A DNA stretch of 64,000 bases from Eledone cirrhosa (Eukaryota): assembly GCA_964016885.1 (NCBI GenBank), contig OZ024741.1, positions 254,200,001-254,264,000 of the forward strand, written 5' to 3'. The translations under genes were made by a program, and so were the position numbers. Below the pieces are notes generated by a model. It was given only the letters and a program-made list of their open reading frames with translations. It was not told the DNA's origin and did not search any database. Below are positions 31,501-46,500 of this stretch, piece after piece (positions within the stretch are counted from its first letter, which is position 1; every line of letters starts with the position of its first letter).

Positions 31501-34500
31501 CTAGTACACTAACCATGTCCCACCACACTATATACACCTAATATACTAACCATGTCCCACAACACTATATACACCTAATACACTAACCATGTCCCACCAC
31601 ACTATATACACCTAATACACTACGCATGTCCCACCACACTATATACACCTAATACACTAACCATGTCCCACCACACTATATACACCTATACACTAACCAC
31701 GTCCCACCACACTGTATAGACCTAGTACACTAACCATGACCCACCACACTATATTCACCTAATACACGAACCATGTCCCACCACACTATACACACTAACG
31801 ATGTCCCACCACACTATATACACCAAATACACTAACCATGTCCTACCAGGGTATAGACATCTAATACACAAACCATGTCGCACGACACTATATACACTAA
31901 CCATATCCCACCACACTATATTCACCAAATACACTAATCATGTCCCACCACACTATATACACCTGATAAACTAACCATGTCCCACCACACTATATACACT
32001 AACCATGTCCCATCAAACTATATACACCTAGTACACTAACCATGTCCCACCTCACTATATACACCAAATACACTAACCATGTCCCACCACACTATATACA
32101 CCTGATAAACTAACCATGTCCCGACACACTATATACATATAGTACACTAACCATGTCCCATCTCACTATATACACCAAATACACTAACCATGTCCCAACA
32201 CACTATCTACACCTAGTACACTAACCATGTCCCACCACACTATATACAACAAATACACTAACCATGTCCCACCACACTATATACACCTAATACACTAACC
32301 ATGTCCCACCACACTATATACACCAAATACACTAACCATGTCCCACCACACTATATACACCTAATACAACAACCATGTCCTACGACACTATATACACCTA
32401 GTACACTAACCATGTCCCACCACACTATATATACCAAATAATCTAACCATGTCACACCACACTATATACACCAAATACACTAACCATGTCCATCCACACT
32501 ATATACACCTAATACACTAACCATGTCCCACCACACTATATACACCTAATACACTAATCATGTCACACCACACTATATACACCTAGTACACTAACCATGT
32601 GCCACCACACTATACACACTAACCATGTCTCACCCCACTATATACACCTAGTACACTAACCATGTCCCACCACACTATATAGACCTAATACACTAACCAT
32701 GTTCTACGCCATTATATACACCTAATACATTAAACATGGCCCACCACACTATATACAACAAATACAGTAAACATGTCCCATCACACGATATACACTAACC
32801 ATGTCCCACCACACTATATACACTAACCATGTCCCACCACACTATATACACTAACCATGTCCCATCAAACTATATACACCTAGTACACTCACCATGTCCC
32901 ACCTCACTATATACACCAAATACACTAACCATGTCCCACCACACTATATACACCTGATAAACTAACCATGTCCCAACACACTATATACATATAGTACACT
33001 AACCATGTCCCATCTCACTATATACACCAAATACACTAACCATGTCCCAACACACTATCTACACCTAGTACACTAACCATGTCCCACCACACTATATACA
33101 ACAAATACACTAACCATGTCCTACCACACTATATTCACCTAATACACTAACCATGTCCCACCACACTATATACACCAAATACACTAACCATGTCCCACCA
33201 CACTATATACACCTAATACAACAACCATGTCCTACGACACTATATACACCTAGTACACTAACCATGTCCCACCACACTATATACACCGAATACACTGACC
33301 ATGTCCCACCACACTATATACGCCACATACACTAACCATGTTCCGTCACACTATATACACCTAGTACGCTAACCATGTCCCACAACACTATATACACCAA
33401 ATACACTAACCATGTCCCATCACACTATATACACTTAGTACACTAACCATGTCCCACCACACTATATACACCAAATACACTAACCATGTCCCACCACAGT
33501 ATATACACCAAATACACTAACCATGTCCCATCACACTACATATACCTAATACACTAACTATGTCCCATCACACTATATACACCTAGTACACTAACTATGC
33601 CCCACAACACTATATACACCTAGTACACTAACTATGTCCCAAAACACTATATACACCTAGTACACAAATTTTGTCCCACCCCACTATATACACCAAATAC
33701 ACTAAGCATGTCCCACCACACTATATAAACCTTGCACACTAACCAAGTCCCTCCACACTATATAAACCAAATACACTAACCATGTCCCACCACACTATGT
33801 ACGCCTAATACACTAACCATGTTCCAACAGACTATATACACCAAATACACCAACCATGTCCCCCCCACACTATAGACACCAAGTACACTAACCATGTCAC
33901 ACCAGACTATATACACCTAGTACGCTAACCATGTCCCACCACACTATATACACAAAATACACTAACCATGTCCCATCACACTATATACACCTAGTACACT
34001 AACTATGTCCCACCCCACTATATACACCAAATACACTAACCATGTCCCACCACACTATATACGCCTAGTACACTAAGTATGTTCCACCACACTATATACA
34101 GCTAGTAGAACTATGCAAGTCCCACCACACTATATACACCTAATACACTAACCATGTCGAATCACACTATATACACCTCGTAAACTAACTATGTCCCATC
34201 ACACTATAAACACCTAGTACACTAACCATGTCCCACAACACTATATACACCTAGTAAACTAGGCATGTCCCACCACACTATATACACCTAATACACTAAC
34301 CATGTCCCACCACACTATATACAGCAAATACACTAACCATGTCCCATCACACTATATACACCTAGTACACTAACTATGTCCTACGACACTCTATACACCT
34401 AGTACACTATGTTCCACCACGCTATATACACCAAATACACTAACCATGTCCCATTACATTAAATACACCTAATACACTAAACATGTACCACCACACTATA

Positions 34501-37500
34501 TACACCTAGTACACTAAACATGTTCCACCCCACTATATACACCAAATACACTAACCATGTCCCACCACACTATATACACCTAGTACACTATGTCCCACGA
34601 CACTATATACACCTAGTACACTAACTATGTCCCACCACACTATATACACCTAGTACACTAACCATGTCCCATCACACTATATACACCTAGTACACTAACT
34701 ATGTCCCACCACACTATATACACCTAGTACACTAACTATGTCCCACCACACTATATACACCTAGTACACTAAACATGTTCCACCCCACTATATACACCAA
34801 ATATACACTAAACATGTCCCACTACACTATATCCACCAAATACACTAACCATGTCCCACCACACTATATACACCTAATACACTAACCATGTCCCACCACA
34901 CTATATACACCAAATACACTAACCATGTCCCATTACACTATATACACCTAATACACTAACCATGTACCACCACACTATATACACCTAGTACACTAAACAT
35001 GTCCCGCCCCACTATATACACCAAATACACAAACAATGTCACATCACAATATATACAGCAAATACACTAACCATGCCCCATCACACTATATACACCTAGT
35101 ACACTCCCCATGTCCCACGACACTATATACACCAAATACACTAACCATGTCCCACCACACTATATACACCTAATACACTAACCATGTCCCAACAGACTAT
35201 ATACACCAAATACAGTAACCATGTACCACCACACTATATACACCAAGTACACTAACCATGTCCCACCACACTATATACACCTAGTACGCTAACCATGTCC
35301 CACCACACTATATACACCAAATACACTAACCATGTCCCATCACACTATATACTCCTAGTACACTAATTATGTCCCACCCCACTATATAAACCAAATACAC
35401 TAACCATGTCCCACCACACTATATACGCCTAGTACACTAAGTATGTTCCACCAGACTATATACAGCTAGTAGACTACGCAAGTCCCACCACACTATATAC
35501 ACCTAATACACTAAACATGTTCCACCACACTATATACACCAAATACACTAACCATGTCGCATCACACTATATACACCTAGTACACTATGTCCCACGACAC
35601 TATATACACCTAGTACACTAACCATGTCCCACCACACTATATATACCAAATACACTAACCATGTCCCATCACACTATATACACCTAGTACACTAACTATG
35701 TCCTACGACACTCTATACACCTAGTACACTATGTTCCACCACACTATATACATCAAATACACTAACCATGTCCCATTACATTAAATACACCTAATATACA
35801 CTAAACATGTACCACCACACTATATACACCTAGTACACTAAACGTGTCCCACAACACTATATACACCAAATACACTAACCATGTCCCACCACACTATATA
35901 CACCTACTACACTATGTCCCACGACACTATATACACCTAGTACACTAAATATGTCCCACCACACTATATACACCAAATACACTAACCATGTCCCACCACA
36001 CTATATACACCTAATACACTAACCATGTCCCATCACACTATATACACCTAATATACACTAAACATGTCCCACTACACTATATCCAACAAATACACTAACC
36101 ATGTCCCATCACACTATATACACCAAATACACTAACCATGTCCCACCACACTATATACACCTAATACACTAACCATGTCCCATCACACTATATACACCTA
36201 ATACACTAAACATGTCCCACCACACTATATACACCAAATACACTAACCATGTCCCATCACACTATATACATCTAATACACTAAACGTGTCCCACCACACT
36301 ATATACACCTAATATACACTAAACATGTGCCACTACACTATATCCACCAAATACACTAACCATGTTCCACCACACTATATACACCTAGTACACTAACCAT
36401 GTCCAACCACACTATATACACCTAGTACACTAACCATGTCCCACCACACTATATACACCTAGTACACTAACCATGTCCAACCACACTATATACACCTAGT
36501 ACACTAACCATGTCCCACCACACTATATACACCTAGTACACTAACCATGTCCCACCACACTATATACACCTAGTACACTAACCATGTCCAACCACACGAT
36601 ATACACCTAGTACACTAACCATGTCCCACCACAGTATATACACCAAATACACTAACCATGTCCCACCACACTATATACACCAAATACACTAACTATGTCC
36701 CATCATACTATATACACCTAGTACACTAACTATGCCCCACAACACTATATACACCTAGTACACTAACTATGTCCCACCACACTATATACACCAAATACAC
36801 TAACCATGTCCCATCACACTATATACACCTAGTACACTAAGTATGTCCGAAAACACTATATACACCTAGTACACTAATTATGTCCCACCCCACTATATAC
36901 ACCAAATACACTAACCATGTCCCACCACACTATATACACCTAATATACTAACCATGTCCCATCACACTATATACACCAAATACACTAACCATGTTCCACC
37001 ACACTATATACACCAAATAAACTAACCATGCCCATCACGCTATATACACCTAATACACTAAACATGTCCCACCACACTATATCCACCAAATACACTAACC
37101 ATGTCCCATCACACTATATACACCTAACACACTAACCATGACCCACCACACTTTATACACCAAATACACTAACCATGCCCCATCACACTATATACACCTA
37201 GTACACTAACCATGTCCCACCACACTATATACACCTAGTACACTAACCATATCCCACCACACTTTATACACCAAATACACTAACCATGCCCCATCACACT
37301 ATATACACCTAATACACTAACCATGTCCCACCACACTATATACACCAAATACACAAACCATGTCCCACCACACTATATACACCTAATACACTAACCATGT
37401 CCCATCACACTATATACACCAAATACACAAACCATGTCCCACCACACAATATACACCAAATACACTAACCATGTCCCATCACACTATATACACCTAGTAC

Positions 37501-40500
37501 ACTAACCATGTCCCTCCACACTATATACACCAAATGCACTACCCATGTCCCACCACACTATGTACACCTAATACACTAACCATGTCCCACCACACTATAT
37601 ACACCTAGTACACTAACCTTGTCCGAACAGACTATATACACCAAATACATTAAGCATGTCCCACCGCACTATATACACCTAGTACACTATGTCCCACGAC
37701 ACTATATACACCTATTACACTAACTATGTCCCACCACTCTATATACACCAAATACACTAACCATGTCCCACCACACTATATACACCTAATACACAAAACA
37801 TGTCCCACCACACTATATACACCAAATACACTAACCATGTCCCACCACACTATATACACCAAATACACTAACCATGTCCCACCACACTATATACACGTAA
37901 TACACTAACTATGTCCCACCACACTATATACACCAAATACACTAACCATGTCCCACCACACTATATATACACCTAATACACTAACCATGCCCCACCACAC
38001 TATATACACCAAATACACTAACCATGCCCCATCACACTATATACACCTAATACACTAAACATGTCCCACCACACTATATACACCTAACACACTAACCATG
38101 TCCCACCAGACTATATACACCAAATGCACTACCCATGTCCCACCAGACTATATACACCAAATGCACTACCCATGTCCCAACAGACTATATACACCAAATA
38201 CAGTAACAATGTCCCACCACACTATACACACCTAATACACTAACCATGTTCCACGTCACTATATACACCAAGTACACTAACCATGTCCTACCAAACTTTA
38301 TACACTTAGTACACTAACCATGTCCCACCAAACTTTATACACTTAGTACACTAACCATGTCCCAAAACACTATATACACCTAGTACACTAACTAGGTCCC
38401 ACCACACTATATACACCAAATACATTAACCATGTCCCATCACACTACATATACCTAATACACTAACCATGTCCCACCACACTATATACACCTAGTACACT
38501 AACCATGTCCCACCACACTATATACACCTACTTCACTAACCATGTCCCACCACACTATATACACCAAATACACTAACTATGTCCCATCACACTATATACA
38601 CCTAGTACACTAACTATGCCCCACAACACTATATACACCTAGTACACTAACTATGTCCCACCACACTATATACACCAAATACACTAACCATGTCCCATCT
38701 CACTATATACACCTAGTACACTAAGTATGTCCGAAAACACTATATACACCTAGTACACTAATTATGTCCCACCCCACTATATACACCAAATACACTAACC
38801 ATGTCCCACCACACTATATACACCTAATATACTAACCATGTCCCATCACACTATATACACTAAATGCACTAACCATGTCCCACCACACTATATACACCAA
38901 ATACACAAACCATGCCCCATCACGCTATATACACCTAATACACTAAACATGTCCCATCACACTATATACACCTAACACACTAACCATGTCCCACCACACT
39001 TTATACACCAAATACACTAACCATGCCCCATCACACTATATACACCTAGTACACTAACCATGTCCCACCACACTATATACACCTAGTACACTAACCATAT
39101 CCCACCACACTTTATACACTAAATACACTAACCATGCCCCATCACACTATATACACCTAATACACTAACCATGTCCCATCACACTATATACACCTAACAC
39201 ACTAACCATGTCCCACCACACTTTATACACCAAATACACTAACCATGCCCCATCACACTATATACACCTAGTACACTAACCATGTCCCACCACACTATAT
39301 ACACCTAGTACACTAACCATATCCCACCACACTTTATACACCAAATACACTAACCATGCCCCATCACACTATATACACCTAATACACTAACCATGTCCCA
39401 CCACACTATATACACCAAATACACAAACCATGTCCCACCACACTATATACACCTAATACACTAACCATTTCCCTTCACACTATATACACCTAGTACACTA
39501 ACTATGTCCCAAAACACTATACACACCTAGTACACTAATTATGTCCCACCCCACAATATACACCTTGTACACTAAGCATGTCCCATCACACTATATACAC
39601 CAAATACACTAACCATGTCCCACCACACTATATATACCAAATACACTAACCATGTCCGATCACACTATATACACGTAATACACTAAACATGTCCCACCAC
39701 ACTATATACACCAAATACACTAACCATGTCCGATCACACTATATACACCTAATAAACTAAATATGTCCCTCCACACTATATACACCAAATGCACTACCCA
39801 TGTCCCACCACACTATGTATACCTAATACACTAACCATGTCCCACCACACTATATACACCTAGTACACTAACCATGTCCCAACAGACTATATACACCAAA
39901 TACAGTAACCATGTCCCACCACACTATATACACCTAGTACACTATGTCCCACGACACTATATACACCTAGTACACTAACTATGTCCCACCACACTATATA
40001 CACCAAATACACTAACCATGTCCCACCACACTATATACACCTAATACACTAACCATGTCCCATCTCACTATATACACCTAATACACTAAACATGTCCCAC
40101 CACACTATATACACCAAATACACTAACCATGTCCCATCACACTATATACATCTAATACGCTAAACGTGTCCCACCACACTATATACACCTAATATACACT
40201 AAACATGTGCCACTACACTATATCCACCAAATACAGTAACCATGTCTCACCACACTATATACACCTGGTACACTAACCATGTTCCACCACACTATATACA
40301 CCAAATACACTAACCATGCCCCATCACACTATATACACCTAATACACTAAACATGTCCCACCACACTATATACACCAAATACACTAACCATGTCCCACCA
40401 CACTATATACACCAAATACACTAACCATGCCCCACCACACTATATACACCAAATACACTAACCATGCGCCATCACACTATATACACCTAATACACTAAAC

Positions 40501-43500
40501 ATGTCCCACCACACTATATACACCTAACACACTAACCATGTCCCACCAGACTATATACACCAAATGCACTACCCATGTCCCACCACACTATGTACACCTA
40601 ATACACTAACCATGTCCCAACAGACTATATACACCAAGTACACTAACCATGTCCCACCAAACTTTATACACTTAGTACACTAACCATGTCCCGAAACACT
40701 ATATACACCTAGTACACTAACTAGGTCCCACCACACTATATACACCAAATACATTAACCATGTCCCATCACACTACATATACCTAATACACTAACCATGT
40801 CCCACCACACTATATACACCTAGTACACTAACCATGTCCCACCACACTATATACACCTACTACACTAACCATGTCCCACCACACTACATACACCAAATAC
40901 ACTAACTATGTCCCATCACACTATATACACCTAGTACACTAACTATGCCCCACAACACTATATACACCTGGTACACTAACTATGTCCCACCACACTATAT
41001 ACACCAAATACACTAACCATGTCCCATCACACTATATACACCAAATACACTAACCATGTCCCATCACACTATATACACCTAGTACACTAAGTATGTCCGA
41101 AAACACTATATACACCTAGTACACTAATTATGTCCCACCCCACTATATACACCAAATACACTAACCATGTCCCACCACACTATATACACCTAATATACTA
41201 ACCATGTCCCATCACACTATATACACCTAATACACTAAACATGTCCCACCACACTATATCCACCAAATACACTAACCATTTCCCATCACACTATATACAC
41301 CTAATACACTAACCATGTCCCACCACACTATATATACACCTAGTACACTAACCATGTCCCACCACACTTTATACACCAAATACACTAACCATGTCCTACG
41401 ACACTATATACACCTAGTACACTAACCATGCCCCATCACACTATATACACCTAGTACACTAACCATGTCCCACCACACTATATACACCTAGTACACTAAC
41501 CATATCCCACCACACTTTATACACCAAATACACTAACCATGCCCCATCACACTATATACACCTAATACACTAACCATGTCCCACCACACTATATACACCA
41601 AATACACAAACCATGTCCCACCACACTATATACACCTAATACACTAACCATGTCCCATCACACTATATACACCAAATACACAAACCATGTCCCACCACAC
41701 AATATACACCAAATACACTAACCGTGTCCAATCACACTATATACACCTAGTACACTAACCATGTTCCACCACACTATATACACCAAATACACAAACCATG
41801 TCCCACCACACTATATACACCTAGTACAATAACCATGTCCCATGAAACTATATACCTTTAGTACACTAACCATGTCCCACCACACTATATACACCAAATA
41901 CACAAACCATGTCCCACCACACTATATACACCTAGTACACTAACCATGTCCCATGAAACTATATACCTTTAGTACACTAACCATGTCCCACCACACTATA
42001 TACACCAAATAGACTAACCATATCCCACCACACTTTATACACCAAATACACTAACCATGCCCCATCACACTATATACACCTAATACACTAACCATGTCCC
42101 ACCACACTATATACACCAAATACACAAACCATGTCCCACCACACTATATACACCTAATACACTAACCATTTCCCTTCACACTATATACACCTAGTACACT
42201 AACTATGTCCCAAAACACTATACACACCTAGTACACTAATTATGTCCCACCCCACAATATACACCTTGTACACTAAGCATGTCCCATCACACTATATACA
42301 CCAAATACACTAACCATGTCCCACCACACTATATATACCAAATACACTAACCATGTCCGATCACACTATATACACCAAATACACTAAACATGTCCGATCA
42401 CACTATATGCACCTAATAAACTAAATATGTCCCTCCACACTATATACACCAAATGCACTACCCATGTCCCACCACACTATGTACACCTAATACACTAACC
42501 ATGTCCCACCACACTATATACACCTAGTACACTAACCATGTCCCAACAGACTATATACACCAAATACAGTAACCATGTCCCACCACACTATATACACCTA
42601 GTACACTATGTCCCACGACACTATATACACCTAGTACACTAACCATGTCCCACCACACTATATACACCTAGTACACTAACTATGTCCCACCACTCTATAT
42701 ACACCAAATACACTAACCATGTCCCACCACACTATATACACCTAATACACTAACCATGTCCCATCTCACTATATACACCTAATACACTAAACATGTCCCA
42801 CCACACTATATACACCAAATACACTAACCATGTCCCATCACACTATATACATCTAATACACTAAACGTGTCCCACCACACTATATACACCTAATATACAC
42901 TAAACATGTGCCACTACACTATATCCACCAAATACAGTAACCATGTCTCACCACACTATATACACCTAGTACACTAACCATGTTCCACCACACTATATAC
43001 ACCAAATACACTAACCATGCCCCATCACACTATATACACCTAATACACTAAACATGTCCCACCACACTATATACACCAAATACACTAACCATGTCCCACC
43101 ACACTATATACACCAAATACACTAACCATGTCCCACCACACTATATACACCTAATACACTAACCATGTCCCACCACACTATATACACCAAATACACTAAC
43201 CATGTCCCACCACACTATATACACCTAATACACTAACCATGTTCCACCACACTATATACACCTAATACACTAACCATGTCCCACCAGACTATATACACCA
43301 AATACACTAACCATGCCCCATCACACTATATACACCTAATACACTAAACATGTCCCACCACACTATATACACCTAACACACTAACCATGTCCCACCAGAC
43401 TATATACACCAAATGCACTACCCATGTCCCACCACACTATGTACACCTAATACACTAACCATGTCCCAACAGACTATATACACCAAATACAGTAACCATG

Positions 43501-46500
43501 TCCCACCACACTATACACACCTAATACACTAACCATGTTCCACGTCACTATATACACCAAGTACACTAACCATGTCCCACCAAACTTTATACACTTAGTA
43601 CACTAACCATGTCCCGAAACACTATATACACCTAGTACACTAACTAGGTCCCACCACACTATATACACCAAATACATTAACCATGTCCCATCACACTACA
43701 TATACCTAATACACTAACCATGTCCCACCACACTATATACACCTAGTACACTAACCATGTCCCACCACACTATATACACCTACTACACTAACCATGTCCC
43801 ACCACACTATATACACCAAATACACTAACTATGTCCCATCACACTATATACAGCTAGTACACTAACTATGCCCCACAACACTATATACACCTAGTACACT
43901 AACTATGTCCCACCACACTATATACACCAAATACACTAACCATGTCCCATCACACTATATACACCTAGTACACTAAGTATGTCCGAAAACACTATATACA
44001 CCTAGTACACTAATTATGTCCCACCCCACTATATACACCAAATACACTAACCATGTCCCACCACACTATATACACCTAATATACTAACCATGTCCCATCA
44101 CACTATATACACCAAATACACTAACCATGCCCCATCACGCTATATACACCTAATACACTAAACATGTCCCACCACACTATATCCACCAAATACACTAACC
44201 ATGTCCCATCACACTATATACACCTAACACACTAACCATGTCCCACCACACTTTATACACCAAATACACTAACCATGTCCTACGACACTATATACACCTA
44301 GTACACTAACCATGCCCCATCACACTATATACACCTAGTACACTAACCATGTCCCACCACACTATATACACCTAGTACACTAACCATATCCCACCACACT
44401 TTATACACCAAATACACTAACCATGCCCCATCACACTATATACACCTAATACACTAACCATGTCCCACCACACTATATACACCAAATACACAAACCATGT
44501 CCCACCACACTATATACACCTAATACACTAACCATGTCCCATCACACTATATACACCAAATACACAAACCATGTCCCACCACACAATATACACCAAATAC
44601 ACAAACCATGTCCCACCACACTATATACACCAAATACACAAACCATGTCCCACCACACTATATACACCAAATACACTAACCGTGTCCCATCACACTATAT
44701 ACACCTAGTACACTAACCATGTCCCACCACACTATATACACCAAATACACAAACCATGTCCCACCACACTATATACACCTAGTACACTAACCATGTCCCA
44801 TGAAACTATATACCTTTAGTACACTAACCATGTCCCACCACACTATATACACCAAATACACAAACCATGTCCCACCACACTATATACACCTAGTACACTA
44901 ACCATGTCCCATGAAACTATATACCTTTAGTACACTAACCATGTCCCACCACACTATATACACCAAATACACTAACCATGTCCCACCACACTATATACAC
45001 CTAGTACACTAACCATGTCCCATGACACTATATACACCAAATACACTAACCATATCCCACCACACTATATACACCTAGTACAATAACCATGTCTCACCAC
45101 ACTATATACACCTAATACACTAACCATTTCCGTTCACACTATATACACCTAGTACACTAAATATGTCCCAAAACACTATACACACCTAGTACACTAATTA
45201 TGTCCCACCCCACAATATACACCTTGTACACTAAGCATGTCCCATCACACTATATACACCAAATACACTAACCATGTCCCACCACACTATATATACCAAA
45301 TACACTAACCATGTCTGATCACACTACATACACGTAATACACTATATACACCAAATGCACTACCCATGTCCCACCACACTATGTACACCTAATACACTAA
45401 CCATGTCCCAACAGACTATATACACCAAATACAGTAACCATGTCCCACCACACTATACACACCTAATACACTAACCATGTTCCACGTCACTATATACACT
45501 AAGTACACTAACCATGTCCCACCAAACTTTATACACTTAGTACACTAACCATGTCCCGAAACACTATATACACCTAGTACACTAACTAGGTCCCACCACA
45601 CTATATACACCAAATACATTAACCATGTCCCATCACACTACATATACCTAATACACTAACTATGTCCCATCACACTATATACACCTAGTACACTAACTAT
45701 GCCCCACAACACTATATACACCTAGTACACTAACTATGTCCCACCACACTATATACACCAAATACACTAACCATGTCCCATCACACTATATACACCTAGT
45801 ACACTAAGTATGTCCGAAAACACTATATACACCTAGTACACTAATTATGTCCCACCCCACTATATACACCAAATACACTAACCATGTCCCACCACACTAT
45901 ATACACCTAATATACTAACCATGTCCCACCACACTATATAAACATTGCACACTAACCATGTCCGATCACACTATATACATGTAATACACTAAACATGTCC
46001 CTCCACACTATATACACCAAATACACTACCCATGTCCCACCACACTATATACACCTAATACACTAACCATGTCCCACCACACTATGTACGCCTAATACAC
46101 TAACCATGTCCCAACAGACTATATACACCAAATACAGTAACCATGTCCCACCACACTATATACACCAAGTACACTAACCATGTCCCACCACACTATATAC
46201 ACCTAGTACGCTAACCATGTCCCACCACACTATATACACCAAATACACTAACCATGTCCCATCACACTATATACACCTAGTACACTAACTATGTCCCAAA
46301 ACACTATATACACCTAGTACACTAATTATCTCCCACCCCACTATATACACCAAATACACTAACCATGTCCCACCACACTATATACGCCTAGTACACTAAC
46401 TATGTTCCACCACACTATATACAGCTAGTACACTACGCAAGTCCCACCACACTATATACACCTAATACACTAAACATGTCCCACCACACTATATACACCA